Positions 1-12,290 of a stretch of DNA of 64,000 nt are shown piece after piece. The stretch's first letter is position 1. Each line of letters starts with the position of its first letter. Source of the stretch: an uncultured Clostridia bacterium (lineage in GTDB: Bacteria > Acidobacteriota > Blastocatellia > UBA7656); NCBI GenBank assembly GCA_964548075.1, contig CAZJQQ010000005.1:64252-128251 (forward strand). The letters run 5' to 3'. The notes beneath the pieces were generated by a model, which was given only the letters and a program-made list of their open reading frames with translations, was not told the origin of the DNA and made no database searches. The position numbers and the translations under genes were made by a program.

Positions 1-1000
1 CGTCGTTGCTAGCTGGGGCCGGGACTGAAGAACCTGAGGAGCCGCGCGCCTCTGAACGACGCGCAAAGGCGAGCCCCGACCGCGCAATCACCCGCGCGAC
101 GTCGTCGAACCTTTCCGGATGTCGCGGCGCCAACAGCAGCCGCGCATCTTCGAGTCCAGTATGTCTGCGCACTTCGCGGAGCGACGCGAGTAGCATCTCT
201 TCTTCACCCGGCGCAGTGCTGCCGGCGACAATCAGATGAGGCGATAGTGATAACGCGAACTGATGATCGATGTCACAAGAGGGGATGCGAGTTGGGTATT
301 GGGGGTTGGAAGCATTTTGCGTTTCTTCCCTAACCCCCGTCCCCCGACCCCCATCCCCCGGCTGATCGTACTTGAGGTTCCCGCAAACGCGTACGCGATC
401 TGCAGGCGCTCCGAGTTGGCGAGCCCGCTCAGCATCCTCCTCCGATTGCATTACCATCAATGAGAAGTCCTCGATTGCGCGTCTGAACGGGCGGCCCAAA
501 AGCTGATATCGACGGAATGAACGTGGCGAGATTCGACCATTAGCTAGAACCGTCACTACCCCGCGCTTCCGGCACTCGCGGAGGAAGTTGGGCCACAGCT
601 CGGTCTCGAGGATTATCACGACCGACGGGTTGACCCAACCCAGCGCGCGGCGCACAGAGAACTTCCAATCGAACGGAAAATAGAGCGCGGCGTCGAACAG
701 GTGTGACTGAGATCGTGCGACCTGCTGGCCGGTGAGCGTCGTCGTTGAGACAACTATTCGAGCGATGGGCAAGTCGCTCTTGAGTCGCGTTATCAACGGC
801 CTTGCCGCCAGAAACTCACCAACCGAGACGGCGTGCACCCAGATTGTCTGGCGGGCGTCGCCTCGCAGCGATGCCGGCAGCCGACCCATCCGCTCCTTGA
901 AGCTGCCGAAATACTTGCCGCGACGCGCGGCTTGATAAACGAAGTAAGGCAGCAGGGCGAGAAACAACAGCGAGAGGACGAAGCTATAAAGGAGGTACAT
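1..1000 (-). CDS. waaA: 3-deoxy-D-manno-octulosonic acid (Kdo) transferase, 3' partial (C-terminus beyond window start)
   Basis: Manual minus-strand translation from ATG at 998-1000 gives a continuous ORF to the window edge: MYLLYSFVLSLLFLALLPYFVYQAARRGKYFGSFKERMGRLPASLRGDARQTIWVHAVSVGEF... The N-terminal TM helix plus the W-x-H-x-x-S-x-G-E motif, and later the NLKYD and AGSTAPGEEE motifs, are typical of KdtA/WaaA. It is absent from the ORF track, presumably because there is no in-window stop. Confidence 0.7.
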   Translation of the reverse strand, partial: MYLLYSFVLSLLFLALLPYFVYQAARRGKYFGSFKERMGRLPASLRGDARQTIWVHAVSVGEFLAARPLITRLKSDLPIARIVVSTTTLTGQQVARSQSHLFDAALYFPFDWKFSVRRALGWVNPSVVIILETELWPNFLRECRKRGVVTVLANGRISPRSFRRYQLLGRPFRRAIEDFSLMVMQSEEDAERARQLGAPADRVRVCGNLKYDQPGDGGRGTGVREETQNASNPQYPTRIPSCDIDHQFALSLSPHLIVAGSTAPGEEEMLLASLREVRRHTGLEDARLLLAPRHPERFDDVARVIARSGLAFARRSEARGSSGSSVPAPASND

Positions 1001-1003
1001 TCA

Positions 1004-1561
1004 CTATTTCACGCGTTCGAGGTAAACGCCCTTCGCGGGATCAACCCGTATGCGGTCGCCTTCCTTGACGAACGGCGGCACCTGCACGGTCACACCGGTC
1101 TCGAGCTTCGCAGGCTTCGGGCTGTTGGAAGCCGTAGCGCCTTTCAACTCGGGCGAAGTCTCAACCACGGTCAGCTCGACTGCGGGCGGCAGCTCGACAC
1201 CGATGGGCGCGCCTTCGAAGAACTGTACCTGAATCTTAGTGCCCTGGGTCAAATAGTTGGTCGCTTCGCCAAGCGATTCGGCGTCCAACGCGATCTGGTC
1301 GTAGGTCTCGGTGTTCATGAAATGATGCATGTCGCCGTCGGAGTACAGGTACTCCATCTGGTGATCTTCAAGCGAGGCGCGCTCTATGTTTTCAGTCGAG
1401 CTGAATCGAACTTCAGTAGACGAGCCGTTCTTAAGGCTTCGCAGCTTTGCTTGAACGAAAGCCCGAAGATTACCGGGCGTCCGGTGCTGGAAATCGAGCA
1501 CGCGAAACGGTGCGCCGTTGTAAATAATTATCATCCCGCGTCGGATATCATTTGCGTTCAT
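1004..1561 (-). CDS. efp: elongation factor P
   Basis: ORF 1004..1657; the internal start [30 protein letters not shown]...[27 protein letters not shown] is a canonical EF-P sequence of about 185 aa. Confidence 0.9.
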   Translation of the reverse strand: MNANDIRRGMIIIYNGAPFRVLDFQHRTPGNLRAFVQAKLRSLKNGSSTEVRFSSTENIERASLEDHQMEYLYSDGDMHHFMNTETYDQIALDAESLGEATNYLTQGTKIQVQFFEGAPIGVELPPAVELTVVETSPELKGATASNSPKPAKLETGVTVQVPPFVKEGDRIRVDPAKGVYLERVK

Positions 1562-1744
1562 CTTAGTTTGATTCCCTTCGAGTGTCAGTATGTCACGATC
1601 ATGGCCCTCAGGCCAACTTTGTAAAATACAGCAATGAAATCGTTTGGTGCAAGGCAAGGATTAGCACAAAGGAAGGAAGCCACGAAGTCCCAAAAAGGTG
1701 CCGCGTGCCTTTTGTCCTCGAGGTATCTTCGTGAGTGGCCGGTT

Positions 1745-2113
1745 CTAGATCGCGAACTCGGCTTCCATCGCGAGTTGGGCCTTGCGCAGTTCGAATCGGG
1801 CGCGCCCGACGTTGCCGCCTCGGTTGAGCGCGAGTAGCAGAAAGTATTCAGGAGTGATCGGACGGAGCAGGAAGCTCATCGTGTCGGTTGCGAAGACCAT
1901 CTCACGCATCTCGCCGAGTTCACTATCGGAAGCCGTACGCATGCTGCGCCTGACCAGCGTGGTGAACTCGGTCGCAACCGTTTCGATATCGAGTGCACTG
2001 TCCAGATCGTGGACGTGGCGCTCGATTGGTATTCCGTCGATACCCAGGATGACAACGGCGGCGCATCCTTCGATTCGATTAGCAATGCCGGTGAGTGTGT
2101 CCGTGAAACCCAT
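1745..2113 (-). CDS. roadblock/LC7 domain protein (MglB-like)
   Basis: ORF 1745..2185, with the probable start at the internal M (MGFTDTLTGIANRIEGCAAVVILGIDGIPIE...). It has a roadblock/LC7-like fold signature and lies directly downstream of pilQ. Confidence 0.5.
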   Translation of the reverse strand: MGFTDTLTGIANRIEGCAAVVILGIDGIPIERHVHDLDSALDIETVATEFTTLVRRSMRTASDSELGEMREMVFATDTMSFLLRPITPEYFLLLALNRGGNVGRARFELRKAQLAMEAEFAI

Positions 2114-2117
2114 ATAG

Positions 2118-2186
2118 ATTGCCGATTGCCGATTGCCGATTGCGAAAAACAGATCATTCTGCAATCCGCAATCGGCAATCGCCAAT
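2118..2186. repeat. hairpin formed by (ATTGCCG) heptamer tandem repeats in the pilQ-roadblock intergenic space
   Basis: attgccg x3 plus attgcg at 2118-2144 pairs with cgcaatcggcaatcgccaat at 2167-2186 (about 20-bp stem, 1 mismatch, 22-nt loop). It fills the gap between the pilQ stop (2189) and the roadblock gene start (2113). Confidence 0.6.
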
Positions 2187-2188
2187 TC

Positions 2189-5167
2189 TTAGTGTCCCGC
2201 TTTGCCGCTTGCCGCTGGAATCGCTACTGGCGCTGGCGGCTTGGGATCTTGCTTCTTGTCCTGAACGGCGGGTGCGGGTGTAGCAGCGGCCCGTTGCGGC
2301 GCGTTCGGGTTAGGCATACCTTCTACCGAACTGCGCTGCGGGGCTCTCGGTCCAAGCGTGCCGTCGTTCCTGACAATGCGCGGTGTAAGGAAGAACAGAA
2401 TCTCATCCGAATCGCGGCGCGTGCTTCGTTTCTTGAACAGTTCACCGAGCAGCGGGATGCTCGACAAACCCACTGTCCGATTAATCGAGTGTGACTCGGT
2501 GTCGATGTTGATCCCGCCCATAACCGTCGTCCCGCCGTCGGCAACGAGCACCGTCGATTCAGCCGATTGAGTATTGATACCCGGCGTGCCGTTGTTGAAC
2601 TGTCCTGCCAACGAGAAGTTGACCGTGTTGTTCTCGGCGACGACGTGCATCAGCACCTGTCCGTTCTCTTCGATTATCTGCGGCGTGATCTCGAGCCTCA
2701 GCGCAGCAGTCACGAACGTCGTGGTGATCGTGTTGTTCGAGACGGTCTGCACGGGTATCTGCACGCCGTTGATTATCTCGGCTGTCTTGTTGTCCGTAGT
2801 TGTGACGCGCGGGCTGGCGATGGTTCGAATCTGGCCTTTGGTTTCGGACGCCGATATCGCCATCGAGAGAAGCCCGGTTCCAATCACGCCAGTGGTCAAA
2901 CTCAATACGGTGTTTGCAACTCCCGCTCGAAGCGCGGTGTCAGCAAACGGACCGATAAGGTTCGGTCCCAGCCCCTTTTGCGCTCCCGAATCAGACCCAC
3001 TCCCAGAGCCGCTGCCGGAGCCGCCTCCAGATGAACCTCCGGAGCTGCCACTGCCACCGGGTTGGAGACCTCCGCCAACGACTTGGACTGGCGTTGTTTC
3101 AAACAGGCCGCCGCGACCATTCTTGGCGAAGGCCGTGCCCGCAAGCTCGGTGCCCACGTCGCGAAGGAAGTTTCGGTTCGCGATGACTATTCGGGCTTCG
3201 ATTTCGACCTGAGGCTCGGGACGGTCGAGCTTGGCGATCATGTCCTCAATCACCTGTGTGTACTCAGGCAGGTCGGTGACGATCAAGCTGTTGGTGCGGA
3301 TGTCGACCTCAGTCCGCCCACGCTTGCTCAACCGGCTTTCGACTATCGAACGCAGCGAGCCCTGGCCTGAAGCGCCACCGCCCGCGCCGCTACTCGACCC
3401 GCCGCCCGAGCTTCCGCCGCCCGAGGCGCCGCGCCCCATCGAATTGAGCTGTCCTGAAGCGCGAGCATACTTAAGGTGGATGATCTTGGTAACAAGCGGA
3501 ATCTGGTTGCTCTGTGCCTCTCTTATCGCTAGCTGCTGATCTTCCTCTTCTTTCACTGCGGTCAGCGTGGCTATTCTGATCATGCGACCGTTGCTTTCGC
3601 ACACGGCGCCCAGGCGGTTGGCGCGCAGAACCGATTCCATCACTTGATTCCAGGGTATGTCGGTCACTCGGATATCGACCGGGACAGCGGCGACCGATTT
3701 ATCGATGATAAAGTTGACGCCATATTGTTGCGAGATGAACCGCAGCATGTCGCGGATGTCGACGCCGGCACGCAGGTCGAAGCTTATCATTCCTCCAACA
3801 TAGCCCGAGTCGCAAAACGCGATCTCACTCCGCCTGGGCATCTGCCCGGCAGGGTTCGATTGAGACCGCTGGACATCCGTCGCGCTACGAACGACCGAAG
3901 GCTGCGCCGGCTGGGCCCCGGGCTTACCGGCACTGGGCTGTGACGTTGGCTGGGAAGGCAACGGCAGCGCCCTGTTCGGTTGAGGTGTTACTCGCGGCGG
4001 CGCGCTCTGTCCGTTTGCTTGAGCAAGCAGATTAGCGGTCGCGACTGCGTCCTTGGCAGACTGATCAGCGGGTTTTTTGTTGTCGGTCTTGTTCTCAATG
4101 CGATCGCCGGCAACTCTCACTTCGGGCTTAGCCTGAGGCGTTGCAGCGTCTTTCACCGGGTTAGGGTTCTGCTGCGCTTTCACTTCAACCTTCGGTGCGC
4201 TTTCCTCACGCGAACTGCCGGTGTCTCCTATGGTGATGACGAGCGCTTCGCCTTCGCGAACCACGCGGTATGAGACTTTCGATTTGGTGTCGAGCACTAT
4301 GCGAACTACATTCGGGCTTGGCTGACCTACACGGAAGCGCTCGACCAAACCCGCGCCTACAACGGTAGTCTTGTTGCCGAACGCCGAGCGGACGCCGGTG
4401 ATATCCACGACTATGCGCCACGGGTTTGGCAGCACGAAGTCCTTATACTGCGCCGCGCCGTCGGCATCGACCACGATTCGAACTGCACCGCCGGCTGGTT
4501 CCGAGCGAACCCCACGGATAAGTGTGGCTGGTTTCAAGTCGCTTGGCCTAGGCTTGACTCTCTCGGGCGCGGGCTCCGGGCTTGCTGGCGTTGAACTCTT
4601 CGCAACTGGAGCCGAGTACATCACCACGCCTGGTGCCGCGACGTGCGAATCGCTCTTTGTCTGGCTCGCATGTTTTGCGTCCTTGGCTTCCGTAGGTGCG
4701 TCCTTCTCAATCCTGGCCTTGGCCGGCGTAGGCTTGACGTCTGGGGTTACTTCGAGCACAAGGGTGTTGCCATTAACCGTCGAGCGGTCTCGAGCATCTG
4801 CTCGAACGGTGACTTCGATTCTGGCCACCGCGCGTCCCGCGGTGCCGGCGCCAACGCGCGACTGTCGAACCATGATTGATTCTACGAGCGCGCTCTTGAC
4901 GCTATACGCAGGCGCAAGCCTGGAAGCCTCGCCGCCCGGCAGATCGATGACGATCAGCCGGTCCGTCGGTCTAAACACCGTGTAGAGGGGTGGCGCGCTC
5001 GACTCTATCAGGATGCGCGTGAGCGATCCCTCAGTCTCGTGTTTGAGCGACACCAAAGCGAACGCCTCGGCGCGTGCGCCTGCGTTCAATCCTGCAAACA
5101 CGCTTACATTGCTCACAAGCGCGAGCAGCATCAGTGATACGACAAGCCTCCTAGCGATCATAGCCAT
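2189..5167 (-). CDS. pilQ: type IV pilus secretin PilQ
   Basis: C-terminal secretin domain (…GGINIDTESHSINRTVGLSSIPLLGELFKKRSTRRDSDEILFFLTPRIV), AMIN-like N-terminal region, and signal peptide MAMIARRLVVSLMLLALVSNVSVFA (start chosen at the internal M). It has long Gly/Ser-rich linkers and a Pro/Ala-rich C-terminal tail. Confidence 0.85.
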   Translation of the reverse strand: MAMIARRLVVSLMLLALVSNVSVFAGLNAGARAEAFALVSLKHETEGSLTRILIESSAPPLYTVFRPTDRLIVIDLPGGEASRLAPAYSVKSALVESIMVRQSRVGAGTAGRAVARIEVTVRADARDRSTVNGNTLVLEVTPDVKPTPAKARIEKDAPTEAKDAKHASQTKSDSHVAAPGVVMYSAPVAKSSTPASPEPAPERVKPRPSDLKPATLIRGVRSEPAGGAVRIVVDADGAAQYKDFVLPNPWRIVVDITGVRSAFGNKTTVVGAGLVERFRVGQPSPNVVRIVLDTKSKVSYRVVREGEALVITIGDTGSSREESAPKVEVKAQQNPNPVKDAATPQAKPEVRVAGDRIENKTDNKKPADQSAKDAVATANLLAQANGQSAPPRVTPQPNRALPLPSQPTSQPSAGKPGAQPAQPSVVRSATDVQRSQSNPAGQMPRRSEIAFCDSGYVGGMISFDLRAGVDIRDMLRFISQQYGVNFIIDKSVAAVPVDIRVTDIPWNQVMESVLRANRLGAVCESNGRMIRIATLTAVKEEEDQQLAIREAQSNQIPLVTKIIHLKYARASGQLNSMGRGASGGGSSGGGSSSGAGGGASGQGSLRSIVESRLSKRGRTEVDIRTNSLIVTDLPEYTQVIEDMIAKLDRPEPQVEIEARIVIANRNFLRDVGTELAGTAFAKNGRGGLFETTPVQVVGGGLQPGGSGSSGGSSGGGSGSGSGSGSDSGAQKGLGPNLIGPFADTALRAGVANTVLSLTTGVIGTGLLSMAISASETKGQIRTIASPRVTTTDNKTAEIINGVQIPVQTVSNNTITTTFVTAALRLEITPQIIEENGQVLMHVVAENNTVNFSLAGQFNNGTPGINTQSAESTVLVADGGTTVMGGINIDTESHSINRTVGLSSIPLLGELFKKRSTRRDSDEILFFLTPRIVRNDGTLGPRAPQRSSVEGMPNPNAPQRAAATPAPAVQDKKQDPKPPAPVAIPAASGKAGH

Positions 5168-5356
5168 TGTCTCCCCTCTCATTATCGAAGCTGAAACGGA
5201 CGGGACCTCGACGTTTGTTGTTTGATTCCGACATCCGCTCCACTGCGTTGAATGCATCTTTTCACTCGAATTTTGGACGTGCAGCTCAGCGCCGATTTAT
5301 CGGCCCATGAAACGCTGCAGTGATTATAGTGCGATCCTTTGCTAACACAAGACGAC

Positions 5357-5986
5357 TCACTTCTTCTCCGCGGGCGCCTTTGTCACCATGCGCTCCTGCT
5401 GGGACCGCTGTCCGTTGACTTCCTGATAGGACACCTCGCGAAACATCACCCTCGCGGCCCCCGGATCAGAGGCGTCGCCGCCTATGCGGAGCACCTCGCC
5501 GTTGAAGCAGCGCGCGCCGTTTCGCACGAAGAACATTGTGCCGGTCGGTTGAGCTCGCACGAACGCCCCGGGCCCGCGATCGTCGCGGAACACACCGGTG
5601 ATATCAAGCTCGGCCACCAGATATTGCGAGACCGGATCTGGCTCGGCCCCATCGCGCGCCCGCGCCTGTTCGACCTTCTGTCTGAACTCCGCGCGGCGCA
5701 TGTCTAAAGACGGGAACCCGAGGGCGCGGGTCTGCTGCTGTTTTCCGCGTGGCGTCTTCGGCTTGACAGTTCTCTTAAACGGATCGCGGCCGGATGATCT
5801 GTACGGCCGGATCGAGTCGGCCGTCGGACCGAGATATTCCTTACCCGTACTGACCTGCTGAGGCTGCGGCGCGGCATCCGCTTTGTCCGCTTTTTGTGCG
5901 GGCTTATCCTGCGCTGAAACCATGATCGCCAGAGCCAGGACAAACAGGATCGGTAATGTCATTGTCTTGATCGTTTTTGCTTTCAT
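5357..5986 (-). CDS. pilP: type IV pilus assembly protein PilP
   Basis: Signal/lipoprotein-like N-terminus (MKAKTIKTMTLPILFVLALAIMVSAQ) and a position between pilO and pilQ; C-terminal PilP-like beta domain. Confidence 0.6.
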   Translation of the reverse strand: MKAKTIKTMTLPILFVLALAIMVSAQDKPAQKADKADAAPQPQQVSTGKEYLGPTADSIRPYRSSGRDPFKRTVKPKTPRGKQQQTRALGFPSLDMRRAEFRQKVEQARARDGAEPDPVSQYLVAELDITGVFRDDRGPGAFVRAQPTGTMFFVRNGARCFNGEVLRIGGDASDPGAARVMFREVSYQEVNGQRSQQERMVTKAPAEKK

Positions 5987-5999
5987 AGCATCCACTCCG

Positions 6000-6683
6000 C
6001 TATTTCTTACCCGCTGGAGCGGCCGGCGTAGACGGCGGCGGCGCGGCGGGTTTCTTCATGGTCAGCTTCTCGAGGTTTTCAGGCGCGATGTAATAGGCGG
6101 TCACCACAAACGAGCCGTTTATCGATCGGCCCACCTCCTGGCCGCCCGCCTCCGCTTGCTTGACCTCGACGTCGGTTACGCTCACGATGCGCGAATAGAA
6201 TCCCAACCGGGAAAAGAACTGTCCGAGCGAGTCGTACGACCCGGTCACTTCGATCTGAATCGGCTGGGCGGTGTAGAAGTCAGCGGACGCCGCTTTCATG
6301 TGCACGAACCGCTTCAACTCGAGCTTCTGCTCTCGCAGAAAGTCTTTGATGTTGTCGTAGACGCGCGATATCTCGACCTGATCGGGAAGCAGGTCGCGAA
6401 GCCGGTCAATCTCCTCGCGCTTGTCCTTTAGCGTCTGCTCGACGGCCGGAAGGTTCTGAAGAATGATGCTGCCCTGCGCGTTCTTAGCCTTGAGCTGCTC
6501 AACCTTATCCTTGATCTTATCGGTCTCTGCGCGCTTGTCACTGTAAAGCAGAACATGGACGCCAACAAACAGCAGCCCGGTAAGCAGCAGGAGCACTAGC
6601 ATCTGCAAATACCACGCCATCCGGGTGAAGAAATTGCCGCCCTCTTCGGCGCCCCTCACTACAGTAGTCATCGTCGCTGCCAT
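6000..6683 (-). CDS. pilO: type IV pilus assembly protein PilO
   Basis: Single N-terminal TM, coiled coil, then a ferredoxin-like periplasmic domain; operon position between pilN and pilP. Confidence 0.7.
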   Translation of the reverse strand: MAATMTTVVRGAEEGGNFFTRMAWYLQMLVLLLLTGLLFVGVHVLLYSDKRAETDKIKDKVEQLKAKNAQGSIILQNLPAVEQTLKDKREEIDRLRDLLPDQVEISRVYDNIKDFLREQKLELKRFVHMKAASADFYTAQPIQIEVTGSYDSLGQFFSRLGFYSRIVSVTDVEVKQAEAGGQEVGRSINGSFVVTAYYIAPENLEKLTMKKPAAPPPSTPAAPAGKK

Positions 6684-6695
6684 AACTCGTCTCCT

Positions 6696-7418
6696 TCACT
6701 TGCCCTGTGGCGCTGACGCCGGCTTCTCGCCTTCGGCGCGAGGCTTGTTGTAGTCGCAGTCGATCGTGAACTGGAACACGCGGGCCACATCCGGGGTCTC
6801 GCCCTTCTTATCCGCGTCCTTCGCCGCATCCTTCTTGTCCGTGTCGTTCTTATCGCCTTCTTTCTTCTCGGCCCTGTCGGCCACGTCGTCGAGCTTCACT
6901 TCTTTGCCTTCGATCGAAAGCATCAGATTGCTGAACAGACCGTTTGAGAACTCGAGCTGGCGGGAGAAGTCCGCGATCACTTGCTGGTTGAGCGAGCTGC
7001 CGATGATCTGAAGGTGAGAACCCTTCTGCACGATCGCATCGAGGCGGAAGTCAGCCTGGCCACCGGGCATTCGCTCGTTGATGGCGGAGAGCATGGCGAC
7101 GGGACCTTTCTGCTCGGCTCGAAGCTGCTTGATGACCTTGATGCGTTCGTCGACCTGTTTCAACTCGGCTTCCAACTCGTCCTTGCGCTTGATGTCGGCT
7201 TCAAGCTTCTTGGCTTCTGCTTCTTCGCGCGTGAGCTCGGCCTGCGCGGCCGCGTGCGCGTTGTTGGTCCAAAGGTGATCGACGCCGATGGCGATCAGAA
7301 ACACCACCAGCGCGCTTGCGAGCATGAAGAGCTGCTGTCCACGGCGCGCGGCGACTTTTGTCTTCTGCACCGCAACGCGATGCTCGGCGGTCCCTCCAAG
7401 TAGATTGACTCTGATCAT
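6696..7418 (-). CDS. pilN: type IV pilus assembly protein PilN
   Basis: MIRVNLLG... fimbrial assembly N-terminus, one TM and a coiled coil; overlaps pilM by 4 nt. Carries a Lys/Asp-rich low-complexity insertion near the C-terminus. Confidence 0.7.
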   Translation of the reverse strand: MIRVNLLGGTAEHRVAVQKTKVAARRGQQLFMLASALVVFLIAIGVDHLWTNNAHAAAQAELTREEAEAKKLEADIKRKDELEAELKQVDERIKVIKQLRAEQKGPVAMLSAINERMPGGQADFRLDAIVQKGSHLQIIGSSLNQQVIADFSRQLEFSNGLFSNLMLSIEGKEVKLDDVADRAEKKEGDKNDTDKKDAAKDADKKGETPDVARVFQFTIDCDYNKPRAEGEKPASAPQGK

Positions 7419-8479
7419 TGCGCCACCTCCGCCACTCGGACCGCAAGCCCTACGGCCACGGCCATATTCGGTGAGAGTTCTCTCAGGTACTCGTCGTCGA
7501 ATTTCTTACCGTCGACCTTAATCGAGCGGAATGAGTCGAACCGCTCGACCGGCATCTGGAACTTGTCTGCCAGATACTCGGTCAATTGATAGACCTTCGA
7601 CGAGCCGCCGGCTATCAACATCCGGTCAATCGCCGGCGAGTCAACCGCCGTCGCGCGGAAGAAGTCCAGCGTGCGCTGGATCTCGAGCGCGAGCATTTCA
7701 GACACGCTCTGGATCGCAGGCTGTATCTGCTCCATCGAGACCTGCTGGTCCGGTGTCGCGCCCCGCTTGAGCGCTTCAGCCTGCTCGAATGTGAGATTCA
7801 GTTCCTTTTGAAGAAGATCGGTGTACTGGTTTCCGCCCGCCGAGATGTCGCGCGTGAAGATCGAAGTCGTGCCCCGCACGATGTTAATCGTCATTACCGA
7901 GGCGCCGATGTCCAATAACGCGACCGTCTGATTAAAGGTGGGATTGTAGTTAACCTCGTAAGCGTTCTGGAGCGCGAAGGCGTCCACGTCGACAATCACC
8001 GCCTGCTTGCCGGTCTGCGAGATCACCTGGGTGAACTGTGCGATCTTGTCGCGCTTGCAAGCGACCAGAAGGACGTCCATGTTCTGTCCCGACGCGTCGT
8101 GACCTATGATTTCGTGGTAGAGGTTGACGTCGTTGATGTCAAACGGAATGTACTGCTCGGCCTCCCAATGAATTTGCTCGTCGAGCTCCTCTTCCGGCAT
8201 CGATGGAAGCAATATCTTTTTGACAATGACTGCGTGGCCCGAGAGCGACGTGGCGACCTGATCGGTCTTTATGTTTTGCTCGTTCCAGATTCGACTGATC
8301 GAGTCGCTTACATGATTGAGGTCGATTATGTGTCCGTCAACGATCGTGTCGGATTGAAGGTTCTGATGCGCGATGTGGACCAGCTCGAACCCGCTGCGGG
8401 TGAGCTTTAGCTCGACGGCCTTTAGCGCGCTGGAACCGATGTCGAGTCCAACGACGCTCTTCTTCTTTTTGCCTAGCAT
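7415..8479 (-). CDS. pilM: type IV pilus assembly ATPase-like protein PilM
   Basis: MLGKKKKSVVGLDIGSSALKAVEL... an actin-like (FtsA/MreB fold) PilM signature; first gene of the pilMNOPQ operon. Confidence 0.85.
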   Translation of the reverse strand: MLGKKKKSVVGLDIGSSALKAVELKLTRSGFELVHIAHQNLQSDTIVDGHIIDLNHVSDSISRIWNEQNIKTDQVATSLSGHAVIVKKILLPSMPEEELDEQIHWEAEQYIPFDINDVNLYHEIIGHDASGQNMDVLLVACKRDKIAQFTQVISQTGKQAVIVDVDAFALQNAYEVNYNPTFNQTVALLDIGASVMTINIVRGTTSIFTRDISAGGNQYTDLLQKELNLTFEQAEALKRGATPDQQVSMEQIQPAIQSVSEMLALEIQRTLDFFRATAVDSPAIDRMLIAGGSSKVYQLTEYLADKFQMPVERFDSFRSIKVDGKKFDDEYLRELSPNMAVAVGLAVRVAEVAQ

Positions 8480-9188
8480 GTGTGTCCCCCGGGGAAGGTG
8501 CTCGACTTGTTCGCGACTTCGAACCGGAGATTGAAGCAGCAGAGCGAATCAACCAGCCGTCGAAGATCACATCGAAGGGGCAGCGTAGATTTGGGGACGA
8601 GGAGAAACTTGCGAGACTTTCGAGGGGCGGGGTGCCGAGGGGTCAAACGATCCCGAAGCCGGGATCAAGTCTCTACAATCTCTCAAATATCAGATGGTGC
8701 TTTGCGACGCGCCATTTCTAACACTCACCCATAACCAAGTCAATAATAATTTTCGTCGAGTGTTTTTTCGCAACTTGAAATCACCCGTTCGGGCGGTAAC
8801 GCACTGAGAATGAGTTCTCAGACGCGCTCGCGGATGTTCTCTTCGGCGTCTTCCCGCTTACACCATTCAGCGCTGACGATAATATATCTCACACTGAGGT
8901 GCGCCCGCGGCTGCGGCCCGTCGAGGATTGTTCTTTTGCGTTATCGCACGGTCAAACGGCTAACTATCGGCTCGTTGACTCACCGCATGGCATCACTTAG
9001 AATGAATGTTGGTTTCGCCGCCCGTTGTGAAGGCTGAATGTGAGTACGCGCCCATCCAAACTTTGATGCCGCGCCACGAGCCTGTTGCCCGAAGGCACGC
9101 TAGCCAAAAGACGGCGAGCCTCTGGTCAGCAGGCTATATGATTTTTGGAAGGAACCATGGAAACGGCGCAGGACAGAGCTGAAAAAGT

Positions 9189-12050
<2,862 letters not shown>

Positions 12051-12290
12051 AGGGGCGGGCGAGCCTCCAACTCGCCCCGCTTCTCCTTCCTCACCCCCCA
12101 TCATGCAAGGAAAGAAACGATTGAACACTCCCCAAGCCTGTAGTAGTCTGCCCTTGGCCTACCCAACCATCTGCCCTTGCGTGTAGAGCTCCTGGTAAGC
12201 TGACAGAGAGAAACCATCGCTAACCAAATTGTAGAAGCGATCAGATCGGGCACTGCTCCGGAGGCGATAAAGTCTGCGGCCGCCAAGGGC

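Noticed and set aside
1562-1657. Longer EF-P with a 32-aa N-terminal extension ([12 protein letters not shown]...)
   Set aside because: The extension has no similarity to EF-P and is rich in Cys/His from an arbitrary frame. The conserved EF-P N-terminus starts at MNANDIRRG.
2118-2186. CRISPR array or other spacer-containing repeat locus
   Set aside because: The ATTGCCG units are contiguous 7-mers without spacers and simply form one hairpin. No repeat-spacer periodicity occurs anywhere in the window.
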